Assembly: GCF_004010195.1 (NCBI RefSeq)
Contig: NC_057719.1
Coordinates: 11,772,603-11,836,602 of the forward strand
DNA length: 64,000 nt
Source: Chiloscyllium plagiosum
Lineage: Eukaryota
Direction: 5' to 3'
A program made the translations under genes and the position numbers. This document shows, one piece after another, positions 14,704-27,205 of the stretch (position 1 is its first letter; each line of letters opens with the position of its first letter). The notes under the pieces are model-generated. The model saw only the letters and a list, made by a program, of their open reading frames with translations. It was not told the origin of the DNA and made no database searches.

Positions 14704-15894
14704 AGGACATAAGTGTTAGTGATTCTATGTCAAGTTCAGGATTGCCTTTGTGCCATGAATTAGACTTGAGGTGGAAGAAAATTAGTTGCTTAGTCCCACA
14801 GATCTGTTTTTGTGATAGAAATCCAAAATAGGAGCTGGTGTAAGCCATTCAACCCTTTGAGCCTTCTCCATTATGATCATGGCTGTGTGACTCAGATGGA
14901 GTTTTACGACAATTGACCGTGTACACTACTTTAATTCCAAGTTTGTGTCTCACTGGTATGATAGGAAGATTGTACATATTAATTGGATTACCTTGTGGTT
15001 TATCGGTGTTCTGCTGAAGTTAAATTTTTAATAATAAATTGCTAATATTTAAGTTATGAACTTGGTGATCCAAATCTGTTATTTGTCAAGTTTGGTTAGG
15101 AACAGTTGAGCGATTTTGAGAGTTTGTTTTAATTTTACCATATTATGAATCCAGTGTAATGAAGTTGATTTAGTTTGACCTGCTATCCCAGTGCTGTAAA
15201 ATTTGAAACTAATGTTCAATTATCAAATTGCTTGAGAGGCTTTTAAAAGGAGTCTTTGCTCTGGTAGTTGTCAAGGTCCTAAGTTGGTCTTTTCAAATGT
15301 CATTTACATGCACATAAGGTCTCTTGGTTTAAATATTTATTGGCACATTTCATCATTTTATTAAATAGTACATTCCATCATGAACTCTTCAATTCTATTT
15401 AGCTGTGCACCCAAGCACTGAAAGTTTAAAATTAATACTGTTCGAGTAATGCTTAATTGTCTCTTCAGGAAATGAAATGTTGGGTACCTACCAGCTTGGA
15501 ACTGTAATGTAAACTAAACTTTCAGCAATAAAGTTTAGCATGAGCCAGTTCAAACTCTCTGCAGCAGTTCTCAAATTTTCTCTAATATTTCATCAATGTT
15601 TTGAATTTTTGATTTGTTTTCTTCCCTTGGAAGCACACTGCATTGTTTGGACACTGGGCTTTGATGCGTCTCTAAATTATCAGTCAATATTTTCCCTGAC
15701 CCCTCCACTGTACTGCTAACTTCATGTTTTGCAAGCTCCTGCCGGGACCTATCTATGCTGATGTATTGTATTTTCAGATGCTCACATTACCCTGCTGCTT
15801 AAAATTTGACACCTTAAAATTTTGTTTGCCTTCCCACCTGTAAGAGTTTTACTTTGTAATTAAAGCTCAAATAATAATTTAAATATGATAAAAT

Positions 15895-16095
15895 ATCCAA
15901 AGCAATAGAGTTTTCCTTTGTCCTAGCCAATATTTATCCCTCAACTAATTTCATTTTAAATGAACAACATTCTGTTTAACAACATCATGACTGTTTTTTG
16001 GCGATATGTGTGCAAAATTGGCTGCCATGTTTACAACAGTGTTTATCACATTGGCATACTTTAGACACTGTCAGGAGATTCTGCAAGCTTTTCTT
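15895..16095 (+). mobile_element. DeuSINE-like element
   Basis: tgtcctagccaatatttatccctcaac...gtgtgcaaaattggctgccatgttt. Confidence 0.6.
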
Positions 16096-16311
16096 AGTCA
16101 TTTGGCTGTCACAATCAAGGTAAGTGGGGTGCTTATTTGAGACATGCTGAGAATGATTTTGGGAGTTAGGAGAACAGCCTAATTGGAACAATCTAGCCAG
16201 TTACATCTTTGGTTATCACTACTGTTTTTGAAGAACTGACATTTGATCAGGAAAGTAGTTCATTGAGCATTCTATTCTTTATTCTAATGTTTTACCTTTG
16301 CATTTTTTTAG

Positions 16312-16431
16312 GCTTTAAAAGTAATCGGAGAAGTTGGTGATCTCCTGCAGTTGAAATACTCACGGCACAAATTGGACCCTTTACTTGACTGTCCCTTCGA
16401 TGAAACCGTGAATGAAGAAAACAAAGACTGA
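16312..16431 (+). CDS. SPTLC2: Serine palmitoyltransferase subunit 2, terminal coding exon with stop codon
   Basis: ttttttAG acceptor; phase 0. Translates [42 protein letters not shown] at 16429-16431. The PLLDxPFDET tail is SPTLC2-like rather than SPTLC3-like. Confidence 0.94.
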   Translation, partial: ALKVIGEVGDLLQLKYSRHKLDPLLDCPFDETVNEENKD

Positions 16432-19400
16432 CCTCTGCCCCCATTGGGCAAATGTTTGCAAGTCCAAATCTCTCCTTTCAGTTAGCTACCACTCTGCTTC
16501 TTTATGCTTCAAATCTTCAGACCTATTTATATTTTTTTAAAACCCAAGTTGAACTTGAAGGTGTTGAATGAGTGCTCATTCACTAAAGCCATTTTGTGTT
16601 TCATTACCTGGAGCTATACACAGCTTTTCGGCATTTCCATTATTTACTGAGAAATCAAAAAAATTGCGTTTGCATCTCCTGAAAGAGTTTCTCCCCTGAA
16701 ACCCTGTCCACAATAAGCTACTATACAAGTATAATCAGTTTATTGGCAAGGTGGAGCCACTGCTCACAAGCATGAAACCTCTGAATCTTTTTTGAATGGT
16801 TTAAGTAACTTCTCACTTTACATATGTACCACATTCCTCTTTCCTCCCTCCACACACGACTTTGTTTCTTCTTAACATACTTCCTAACTATGCTGGTCTT
16901 GATCTTTCTTATAAGTGACACAATAAGAATCTTCAGAAAGGTAAGGTGGGACTGTGGTTTTAATAAGCAGTTTGAAATAACTTGCAATGATCCAATTCAT
17001 TTTTTTTTGTTCACATGCAATCAGACCAATTAAGAGTTCCTGAGGCGAAAGCTGATGTTGGCGAGCCCAGAATTGCCAATTAACTAATTGCTGAAAATAG
17101 TACTGATTATATGTGTGAAATTTTGTTTAGGTTACTTTTACCTCCTTTCAGTGATGGTGCTCCCTCCCCTCAACATCACAAAAGCTTTAATTTATAAAAT
17201 TAGATCCACTTTACATGCAATATAGCATTCAAAGCAGTACAGTTGGGTAAAACTGTCAATAGAAGGTCATGCTGGATAAGTTTTAATCTGAAATGAAATG
17301 TTGCAAGAAAATGTGTGTTGAAAGCCGGACGAAATCTTTAGGAAATTAGGGTTTAGTTTATAATCTGTTTTGGAAATTTTATTTAGAGATGGTGGTAACT
17401 TAATTTGACCATACATTTTTTAAAAATCTCACCCAAAATTGAAACATCAGGTCACCACTCTTGTCCTGAACTGTATAACCTGAGACCCCAAATAATGCAG
17501 CAAAACAATTTCCTCATCTTCCTCCTCACCACTCCCGAGAAGATTTATTTCACTAGTAACCACTGATAAGTGAGAATACCTTTACCTGGAACAGAAGAGG
17601 ATTTCTGCTGCATGTGTAAAATAAGTATTTTACAGGCATTCCCTTCGGTCTGTATCCATTATGAAAAATGATGCACTTGACCTTCATTCATTGTTGCATA
17701 GCCTGACTTATAGGGAATTGATACATTTACTTCACTGTCAGTTAGTAGTTTGAATATTTGTGTTTTTGCATCTGATTTTACTGTGGGGAAGGAGGATTGT
17801 TACAATTTCAACATTTTTTCCTATACAAGATATTGATGAGTGAAGATGAAGTTTTTTTTTAAAAAAATTGACAGTGCTCCATGCTTCAGATCTTGTCTAT
17901 TGTTAGTTTGATCATTGCTGAGGGCTAGCACTGAAAATTGAGGTCATGTGTTTACAAATGGCATTGCAATGTTGGAAGGTGTTTTTGCACATAGCTCTAT
18001 GACTATCTTAAATTCTTTCAGATTTGAAGTAATTGGCTGCAGTGGTATGATTTCTTTACAAATGTAGATATTGCCATAAATGCCTGACAGGTAGACAATT
18101 ATTATACCTGCAGAATTCCTCAATGTATTTGCTGAAGGGAATACACTGTTGCATGTTTCTAAGTGCTAGCCACTGGTTTAACCTGAGAGAGATTGTGGAG
18201 GAAGAGAGGATAGGAGAAGTGCTGGAGTGCAGGGCTTCAGAAGTGCCCTCCAATGTTGAATGCACTGAGAAAACCTCTCGTTTCTGTATTGTGTATTTAG
18301 TTGCCAGACCTCTGAGTCATGGTCCTTATTTTTCTATTTATAATAGGTGGATTCCCAGTAAATTGATTATTAAATGTACTGTGTGGTCAGTGTGATGCTA
18401 ATACTGTATTGTGTCCGGTGAACCCCTCCTGAAACACATGGATTTTGGGTGAGGACAGGATCATGCAACCCACTCACCTCAAAATTCACTTGTGTGTGTT
18501 GAGGGTTGGTGATTTGGGTGAGGTACCAGAGGGCACCTGTTGCCTGTGAAATTAAACCCCATTATAGTTTGTCTGTGCTTTAGAATAGAAAAGAACTAGA
18601 GGAGAATAGAGGGGGAAATTGAGTCGAAAGATTTGTCACATGGTTGGCTGGGCCAGGGTGGGGAGCAAAAATGATTTTGCAACCCTTTAACCTCCCACCT
18701 CAAATTTGAATTGAATGAACAGTATTTCACTTGCCTTCATGAGGAAAAGGCTTGTGAATCCTCACAGCACCAGATCCAATACCATTGTGTTCTTTTTTAT
18801 TTCAGATTACTAATTTGAAATCACTCCATTGACATTATTTTTCTAACTCCAGTTCGAGCATATTTATAAATCTCACTTACTCAAGTTTAAGGGATGAGAA
18901 ACCATATGAATCACTAACTTTTTATACTAACATGTGCAATCCAGAATTGATTTATTTTGAGTTGGGTTCTTTTTCTGCTTAAATTGATTTAAGCGGCGGA
19001 TCATTGTAAGCAAATGCAGCTTTAGTTTCTCTGGAGAAGTATTCACTTTTTTTTTAAAGGAGAAAAGATTTAATATCATTGTACTGTTTAAAATGTAGTT
19101 TGTGTCATCTATGTTTCAAGCTGCATTCATGGGCTGTCACTTATGCAGCTTATGTGATATATTCAATTAGTTAAATTAATTACACAATTGTGTCCTCATA
19201 GTTTTGCCATTCCAGATTAATATTGTCTCTATTCCTTTGGAGGGCATGCAGTTATGATTATGATACTTTTAAAATTCTGCTTGTGCTTTTTTCTCCATTA
19301 GTTTTGCCCTGAGTATTATTATAGAGTCAATTATTTTGTTTTCTAGCTGCCTTCTTTGCAAGTTAAGTCCTATGAGTTTTCTCTGTCTTCTCCCAATACA

Positions 19401-19724
19401 ATATGAACTTCTGATGCACTTTTTTATTTTTCAACAATACCTTCTCCACTTTATTTTGTCTGCTGTCATTTGGTTAGCTTTTGCACAATGGAGCAGGTTT
19501 TTTTCTCCTCTTGCATTTGGAAATGCAGAAATATCACTGCTTTCAGTGAAGTTTGCTGTTAAGCATAAAACTGCCATTGACAAGTTGATTTGAAATGTAA
19601 TGTCCAGTTGACGTGCATGAAGGAGAAATCTGTTCACAATTGCTCATCTGCACTGAAGCTTTCCACTTGATCTTGACTGTTTATAAGCTGTCTGCATCAT
19701 ATAAGATGTGATTGCTTATTAATT

Positions 19725-19820
19725 GGAGGGGAATGGTTCTGGGTGAGTTGCGCTTCGGCGGGGTCGGTGTGGGCTTGTTGGGCCGAAGGGCCTGTTTCCA
19801 CACTAAGTAATCTAATCTAA
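19725..19820 (+). mobile_element. V-SINE 3' tail fragment inside the putative SPTLC2 3' UTR
   Basis: gggtcggtgtgggcttgttgggccgaagggcctgtttccacactaagtaatctaatctaa. Confidence 0.85.
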
Positions 19821-22800
19821 TTGTCTTTTTTAAGATTAAGCCACAGGCATGTCTTTTCTGTTTAAACACATTAAACACATCAATTGAGCACTCCTATGAA
19901 AGTCAGCTTGTCACTATGGTGTAGAGTAGGTTCCCTATGCAAAATATTCTTTCACAAGGAAATGGCAATGGTTCAGGAAACAACAAAATGCTGGAAGAAC
20001 ATTTATTAGCCACCTTCAACTTCACTGACCATAGTTTTCTACAGACTATGGTCATTCTGTCATCTCCACTTCGGCATGAAATTTGCTATGCCAACACCTG
20101 GAAAATGCTGTCAGAGGGTATGCTAGGAGAAAGAACATTTCCTAAGTAGTCAATCAGAGCAGCCAGTTTAAGGAAATTGTTCCTGACTGAGCATTCGAAG
20201 AGTATAATTTCCAGGTAGTTCCAAAAACGCTCTGAACAAATGCAAGCTGTAGGAAGAAAAATCCTCCTGCTGTAACTTGTTTCTGTCTTTAAACCAGGTT
20301 TTTTTTTGCTGTAATCCTGGCTAACTCAATCTCAATAATTTCATGGAAAACTACAGTGGGGGGTAATCTGTTGGAGATTTGGGAGGGGTACTGCAGCATT
20401 CTCCCATGTTGCACATCTGTATAAAAACAAGCTTTCATTTTATCATAACCTTTAATCCTTATGATATATTGACATATTATGAAGTATAATTTGCAAACCT
20501 CACAATACATTTTGAAAATTGTGTTGAAAACAATCTTTTCACTATGATGTTTTATATTTGTACATTCATACATCTATCAGTGGTCATCAATCTAGCTTTA
20601 ACTTTAAGATTACTTTTTTTTCTTGTTCTGTGAATTTTAAGCTCACAAGTGCAGTTATTTTTAGCTGTGTGATCAGGATGCTGCCAATTGTAGACAAGTC
20701 AGTGGTTATATTTATCCAACTGATGGTCAAGGCAGTTATGAAAGACCATACAAGAGAACCTTACATAAGCCTATGGCATGTTGGAGCTATGCAGACTTTT
20801 TTTAATGTTTGTTTTTTTAAAAGAAAAGTAACTTTCCTTGGTGGGGAAATGTGTTTTTTTTTTAAATTGGATAATTTGGTGGAAGCTGATTAACATATGA
20901 TGGGTATGTGTACAGCACCTTCTGTGTGCACACAGGCTCCAAAAGTGCACCTTTTATTTATCTCCTGAAGATGCACCTTTTAGGGCGATAGCGCGCACTC
21001 CAGTCTCAACCATGCCGTCATGAAAGGGAAGAGAAAAAGCATTTTGTGCCCACTTTGTGTTGGCCACCTCATGTCTAATTTCTCTGCCAACGAATGGCAA
21101 TGGTTTTGAGATATCCACTGATGGGATGGCACTTATCAGGAAATTGTTTTGAAAATTTCAGTCTGCTGGTTTATCAGTGCAGCTAGAGCATCTTGTTAAT
21201 GTATTCAATCTAGTTTCAAACTGCCACCTTTTGAAACAACAGCTGTAAACTGTCTACTCAGGCTCTGGCAGCAGAGGCCTGCTGTACCACCTACTGCGAG
21301 GAAATCTCAGTCAATCATTTTTCTCACAGGTGTTTTTGCTCACTTGCACTAAAAAACAATGACTGTTCAATTTTAAGAATTAAACAATGTTTCCCATTAG
21401 CTGTTTATGTATTGTCTTCTCTTAAACTGTTTCAAGGAAAATAATGACTATTTTGAATAACATCTTAATGCCAATAGATAAGGATTGTACAGGTTTGCAC
21501 ACTTCAGGCATGAAAAGACTTCTCAAACTTCCTTAAAGTGCTTGTTGCAGGGAAGACCAAGAAGGGCACTGAAATGGTGTGTGATCAGAGGTGGTAAATA
21601 AATGCTGGATACATAGTGGAAGTATCAAGTGTGAACTGCAGTGGTGCCTTGTTAAGTAGCATATTGTTGAGTTTTACTTAGATTGTGAACTGGGACATTA
21701 GAAGAGGACGAGAAAAAATTGAATGCAAGTTTTCTTTTGTTGAACTGTACCATGTTAGATACCGAACATACTCTGATAGACATATCTACTCCATGATTTA
21801 ATTTAGTGTTGGATTTAAAAGGTTGATGCTCACTTGTGGCATTACACGTTGATGTTTGGACAGTGTTGACTGTAGTTATGCAAGCCAGTTATGTGTCACA
21901 GGAATGTCTGGTAACCTCTTCCCGTGTTCTGGTGTTGCTAAAGTAAGGCATGTAAAGTATTTCTGATAGGACCAGATAAATACCAATGTTGATTTTGCTG
22001 CTAGCAGAGCAGTATTTTACCCATTTGCAGAGGTAGGGAGGATTGTTGTAACTTTTGTTCCGTTTGCTTTCCTGTTGAAAAACATGATGGACATTTCCAA
22101 AATGCAATTTAAAAACCTAAAGCTGTACAGCCTTGGAATTCTAATTTTTGCCAATGTTGATGCCAACGATTCTCTCTGGATTCTAATCTCTCATCTTGAT
22201 TTGTCATTTTGTGCTGTGGTAGATATTGTTGAGCTATAGATGCAGCATCACATTTTAAGAAATGTTTGAACGTATTGCAAGAAATCAAAACCCCCATTTG
22301 ATAAAGCAGCTTTATATTCTGTGAACATTCTAAAATCAAAGGCAGAACCATCTTTTTTTTTCAAATACATTCTTGCTGCACACTTTATATTAAGCATCAT
22401 AATAACTTTGGCTTCAGATTAGGAATGATTTTGTTTGTCGATTAAATCAAGGCTAAGGAAAGAGTTCTTGGTGTGTTCTGAAAATGATAAGGCACAAATC
22501 TCTGAACCAATGTGCAGCCAGCCAAATACAACCATGTTCATGACACTTGATTTAAGGTTAAAATGGTGTCTATTACTTCCTGTTTTGAAAAATGTGTAAA
22601 ATGAGATTGTAGGTCCTCTTGCTTTTTCTGTTTTTCTCAGTGATTTGTTTAACGATGACTTAATGGCTTTGTGTACGAATTTTAACCTGGAATGACTGTT
22701 GCATTGATATTTAGAGACAAAAGTCTCTAAGTTATGTCTAGAATACAAGAAAATCCAATATTGAGAATTTGGAAATCCTTGTTAGCGACTTGATTTGCTA

Positions 22801-23247
22801 GCGACTTGATCACTTTATTTGTTGCAGGAGAAGGAGGAACAGTAGGAAGAAATGAAGTTTGCTTTTACCCTTAAATTCTGTCTGCCTCTGCAAATTTCAG
22901 CAAACAAATATTGGTTTGCTTTTCACATTTGAATGATCTCGGTCCCATTTGTGGAATACCAGTTGCAGTGTATTATAAATGTGATTAATATCCCTTACTG
23001 TTTCTGTACATATCCTGTTCTTTTGTACATGAGATGTTATAAATGTACTTTTTTGATGGGACTCAATGCAGTAATGTTTTATATTGGAACCTTCCTTGCC
23101 TTTTACCTTGAATGTGATTTTACATATATCATTGGTTTATGAAAGTGTAATTTATTCATGCATTATTTTGGAAATATGGTGCATGTTGAAAACACTGGAG
23201 AATCGATAACTGCTTGAAAAATGTCAACTGAAATGTATAATGTTCTA

Positions 23248-23253
23248 AATAAA
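23248..23253 (+). terminator. Candidate distal polyadenylation signal
   Basis: AATAAA preceded by several TGTA motifs (e.g. TGTACATA at 23005) and followed by T/GT-rich sequence; repeat density rises just downstream. Confidence 0.55.
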
Positions 23254-23592
23254 AACTTTCAATATATTTTGGGTTGCATGGCATTATACAGGATGGATTT
23301 GAACTATTGATGCTTTTGCTGCTAACTTTCCAATCCAGAAAGTTGTGTTAATATTGTTGGATTACAATGTCACTTCCCTCATGTTAAGGACCACACATTT
23401 TTGCATGTCGTAAAAGTTTATTTGGAGAAAAAAAAATAGCAATCCAGCAAGTTTCTCCTTCTAACATGTATAACAGGTTTACTGCTTTCAGTGTGGTTTT
23501 TGCATCAGCAGTCTGGAGGTAGTTCTGGTTTACATTCTGCCAGTTTCACTAGATGTGCATTTTTTGTCACAATATAGTAACCTAATTTGATA

Positions 23593-23774
23593 GGTCAGAA
23601 GTCACATGACACCAGATTGTAGTTCAACAAATTTATTTGAATTCACAAACTTTCAGAGTGCTGCTCCTTCATCAAATAAAGCTTGTGATTTTAAATAAAC
23701 CTGTGGGATTGTAACCTAGTATTGTGTGATTTCTGATCTTGTCCACCCCAGTTCAACTAGCACCTCCATCTCAT
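23593..23774. mobile_element. Penelope-like terminal repeat in inverted (fold-back) arrangement, degenerate
   Basis: Arms of ~55 bp are imperfect reverse complements; homologous to 62549-62634 and 52520-52666; decayed hammerhead on the minus strand. Confidence 0.7.
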
Positions 23775-23924
23775 TATCTGATATGAGCAGAAAGGTGTCT
23801 TTATATGTGGCTAGACAGCATATCTCTGTATATCAGCTGCTCCTATTCTCAACACTTGATTCTCTCATCCACCCCCCCCCCCCAAAAAAAAGTTATTTTT
23901 AAGGCTTTATATTTATCACAAACT

Positions 23925-24030
23925 ACTTCCAATTCTGATGAAGGAGCATCATTCTTGAAATATGACCTGTTTCTTTCTACACAAAAGCTGTCAGATTTGC
24001 TGAGGGTTTTCAGCATTGTTTCGCTTTAAT
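23925..24030 (+). mobile_element. Degenerate Penelope-like terminal repeat
   Basis: ttCTGATGAaggagcatcattcttGAAAtatg followed by gctgtcagatttgctgagggttttcagca. Confidence 0.55.
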
Positions 24031-24174
24031 CTCCCAAAGGGCTTGCTGTTTTCAATTAAGTGGGGAAGAAGCACCATCTGAAAATGAAGTTGTCTTTCTA
24101 TGTGCTGGCCCCATGTATTCATTCCTAATGCAGGATGTGGGCATCACTGACAAGGCCAACATTTATTGCCAGTT

Positions 24175-24650
24175 GATACCTGAGGTCCTGGGCACCACAC
24201 CTTAGGAAGAACATATTGGCCTTGGAAGGAGTACAGCATAGGTTTCCAAGATTGATGTGGACTTCAGTGTTTATGAGAAGAGATTACATAATTATTTGTA
24301 GAATTTAGAAAGTTAAGCGATAATCTGATTGAAGTCTTCAAGATATTAACAGGAAAAGATGGTAGAAAAATGTAAAGTATTTCCACTGGTTGGAGATTGC
24401 AGATCTAGGGGGCATAGTCCAAAAACTAGGCTGGCGTATTCAGGACAGACGTTAGAAGTATTTCTACACACAATGGGTGTTAAATGTTTTGAACACTCCA
24501 CCACAAATGGCATTCGACGTTAGACCAGTTGTCATTTTTAAATCTGAAAAATTTTTGTTCGGTAAAAGTATCAAAGGATATGGAGTTAGACCACAGATCA
24601 TTTGAATGGCAGCACTGGCTCAAAGGGCTGAATAGCCTACTGTTCTATAC
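24175..24650 (+). mobile_element. CR1 3' fragment
   Basis: gtcctgggcaccacaccttaggaagaacatattggccttgg (WAPHLRKNILALE) through a CR1-type 3' end. Confidence 0.75.
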
Positions 24651-24722
24651 AAACTCATGGTGAGCTGCCTTGAATACACCTCAGTGTCTTGATTAGGCTG
24701 TGTTGCACAGAGGTTGAGTTGT

Positions 24723-25036
24723 GGGTGGCACGGTGGCTCAGTGGTTAGCACTGCTGTCTCACAGCACCAGGGTCCCAGGTTTGATTCCAGACTCGGGTGA
24801 CTGTCTGTATGGAGTTTGCACATTCTCCCCGTGTCTGCGTGGGTTTCCTCCAGGTGCTCCGGTTTCCTCCCACAGTCCAAAGATATGCAGGTCAGGTGAA
24901 TGGGCCATTCTAAATTGTCCATAGTGTTGGGTGCATTAGTCAGAGGGAAATGGGTCTGGGTGGGTTAGTCTTCGGAGAGTCGATGTGGACTTGTTGGGCC
25001 GAAGGGCCTGTTTCTACACTGTAGAGAATCTAATCT
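24723..25036 (+). mobile_element. HE1-like V-SINE, full length
   Basis: A/B boxes, V-domain, and tail ending gagaatctaatc. Confidence 0.9.
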
Positions 25037-25689
25037 TTAAAAAAAAACTGCAAATGGTGGGTCTGTAATCGCATGACATTGAGTAGGATCAGCAAATTTC
25101 CTTCCCTGATGCATGAGTAAACCAAAGGTTTTTAATAACAATTCAGTAGTTTCATGATTTATTATTACTGACGCTAGCATATTTATTTCATGTTTATTTC
25201 CAGATTTATTTCATGTGACTCAATTTAAATTCCCCAACTGCCTTAGTGAGATTTGAACTCCTAATCCAAACTTAGTCGAGTAATATAACTGTCACTGCAT
25301 CCCTGTAAACTTTCAGCTTTCATAAAGGTGCCTGATATGTCAAATGTTAAACAACTGTGGCTTAAAGTAGGTCTAATTTCTGTTTGAGTATGTTGTCTTT
25401 GGCACAGTAGAGGTTTATTAAAGATATGTTTATGAATTCCACAAGCGCACACTGCCATAGCGGTACAGGACAGAGAAAGCTTTACTGCATATCTAAATGT
25501 TTAGCACAACATTATAATCTGGTTACAGCACAGGAAGAGGCCCTTTGGACTATTGTGTCCATGCCAACTCTGAACAGCTCAACCAGTCGACCCCACTATC
25601 CAATCTTAAAAAGATACATTTTTTTAAATTTCAAAAGCATCAGGATGTATGGAGAGAAAGCGGGAATATAGCATTAAGATAGAGGATCA

Positions 25690-27205
25690 GCTGTGAAGGT
25701 TGCCACTGAAGATTGCTGCAAAAGCTTCAGCTTTGTCTTTTGTGCTGATGTGCCGAGCTCTTTCCTCATTGAGGATTGGAGTATTTTGTGGGGCTACTGC
25801 CTCCATTTATTTAATTGTCCACTACTATTCGTAACTGGATGTGACAGGACTGCAATGCTTAGATCTCATGGGATCGCTTTGGGATTTTGGATTAGCTATG
25901 TCTATCACTTGCTGCTAATGCTGTTTGGCATGCAAGTGAGTCCTGTTAGTTAGCTTCACTAAGTTAACGCCTCATTTTCAGATATGCCTGGCAGTGCCCG
26001 TAGCATGCCCTTCTGCACTCCCTATTGAACCAGGATTGATCCCCTGGCTTGCTGGTAATGGTTGAAGGGGGATATGCTGGGCCATGAGGTTACAGATTGT
26101 GCTGGAGTACAATTCTGCTGCTGTTTATGGCGCACAGCGCCTCAGATGCCTGATCTTGAGTTGCTAGATCTGAGGTCTGGCACATTTAGCATGGTGATAG
26201 TGCCATGCAATATGGTGGTGGTTATTCATAATTTGAAGGTGGGACTTTGTGTCCACAAGGACTGTGCAATGGTCATTCTTATCAATACTGCCTTGGTCAA
26301 TGCATCTTTAGTCAGCAGATTGGTAAGGATGAGGTCAAGTAGGTTTTTCCCTTTTGGTTCCCTTGTCACCTGCTGCTGAGCAACTCTTGGTGATGACATT
26401 AAAATTCTCCACCCAGAGTACATTTTGTGCCCATACCATCCTCAGCGCTTACTCTAAGCATTGTTCAACATGGAATATCAATTCATCAGTTGAGGGAGGA
26501 TAGTTCATAGTAATCAGGTTTCCTTGCTCATGTTTATCCTGAAGCCATGAGACTTCATGAGGTCCTTAATCAATCTTGAGCTCCCATGCCAACTCCCTCT
26601 AAACTGCATACACTGTGCTGCCACCTTTACTGGATCTATCCTGCTGGTGGAAAGGACATATCCAGGGATAGTGATGGTGTCTGGGATATGGTATACTCAT
26701 AGAATCATACCTTAAAAGACAGTGTCAGGTTGTTGCTTGACTAGTCTGAGACCACTCCCTCAATTTTTCCACTAGCCCCAAGATATTAGTTAGGAGGATT
26801 TTGCAGCGTTGTCAGATGTTTATGCAGTTGTCTTTTCCGTTGCCTAAGTTGAAGCCAGGTGATCCATCAAAATTCATTTTTGAGACTGTGTAGCAGTTGC
26901 TACAACTGGGATGGCTTGCGGGGCCATTTCAGAGGGCAGTTGAGAGTCAACCACATTGCTGTGGATCCAGAGTCACATGTAGGAGAATGGCAGATTTCCT
27001 TCCCTGAAGGGCATTAGTGATCCAGATGTGTGTTTTTCAGACAATCAAAATTGGTTTCATTGGTCATCAGTAGATTCCTAATTCCAGATTTTTAAAAATT
27101 GAACTCAAATTCCACCATCTGCCGTGGCGGACTCAATCACCATCCCCAGAATGTTACCTGTGTTTCTGGATTAATAGTTAATGATTAATACCTCTCGGAC
27201 ATTCG
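25690..27205 (-). mobile_element. LINE-A 5' portion: tRNA-like SINE head followed by AP-endonuclease-coding sequence
   Basis: Minus strand: family B head and body (27205-26905), then decayed endonuclease reading NILGLVEKLRE..RLVKQQPD..ITIPGYVL..QQDRSSKGGSTV and VTREPKGKNLLDLILTN. Confidence 0.7.

Larger units (their letters stand above)
16432..23275 (+). other. SPTLC2: Putative long 3' UTR of SPTLC2
   Basis: AT-rich, U-tract-rich and nearly free of the repeats that fill the flanks; ends at a TGTA-rich block plus AATAAA. End point is inferred, with no transcript evidence. Confidence 0.6.

Noticed and set aside
22783..22810. Direct repeat TAGCGACTTGAT x2
   Set aside because: Consistent with a simple local slippage duplication; no functional evidence.
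24723..24800. tRNA gene candidates (A/B boxes here and at 2810-2880, 43595 and 62513)
   Set aside because: They are SINE heads continuing into SINE bodies; no complete cloverleaf.
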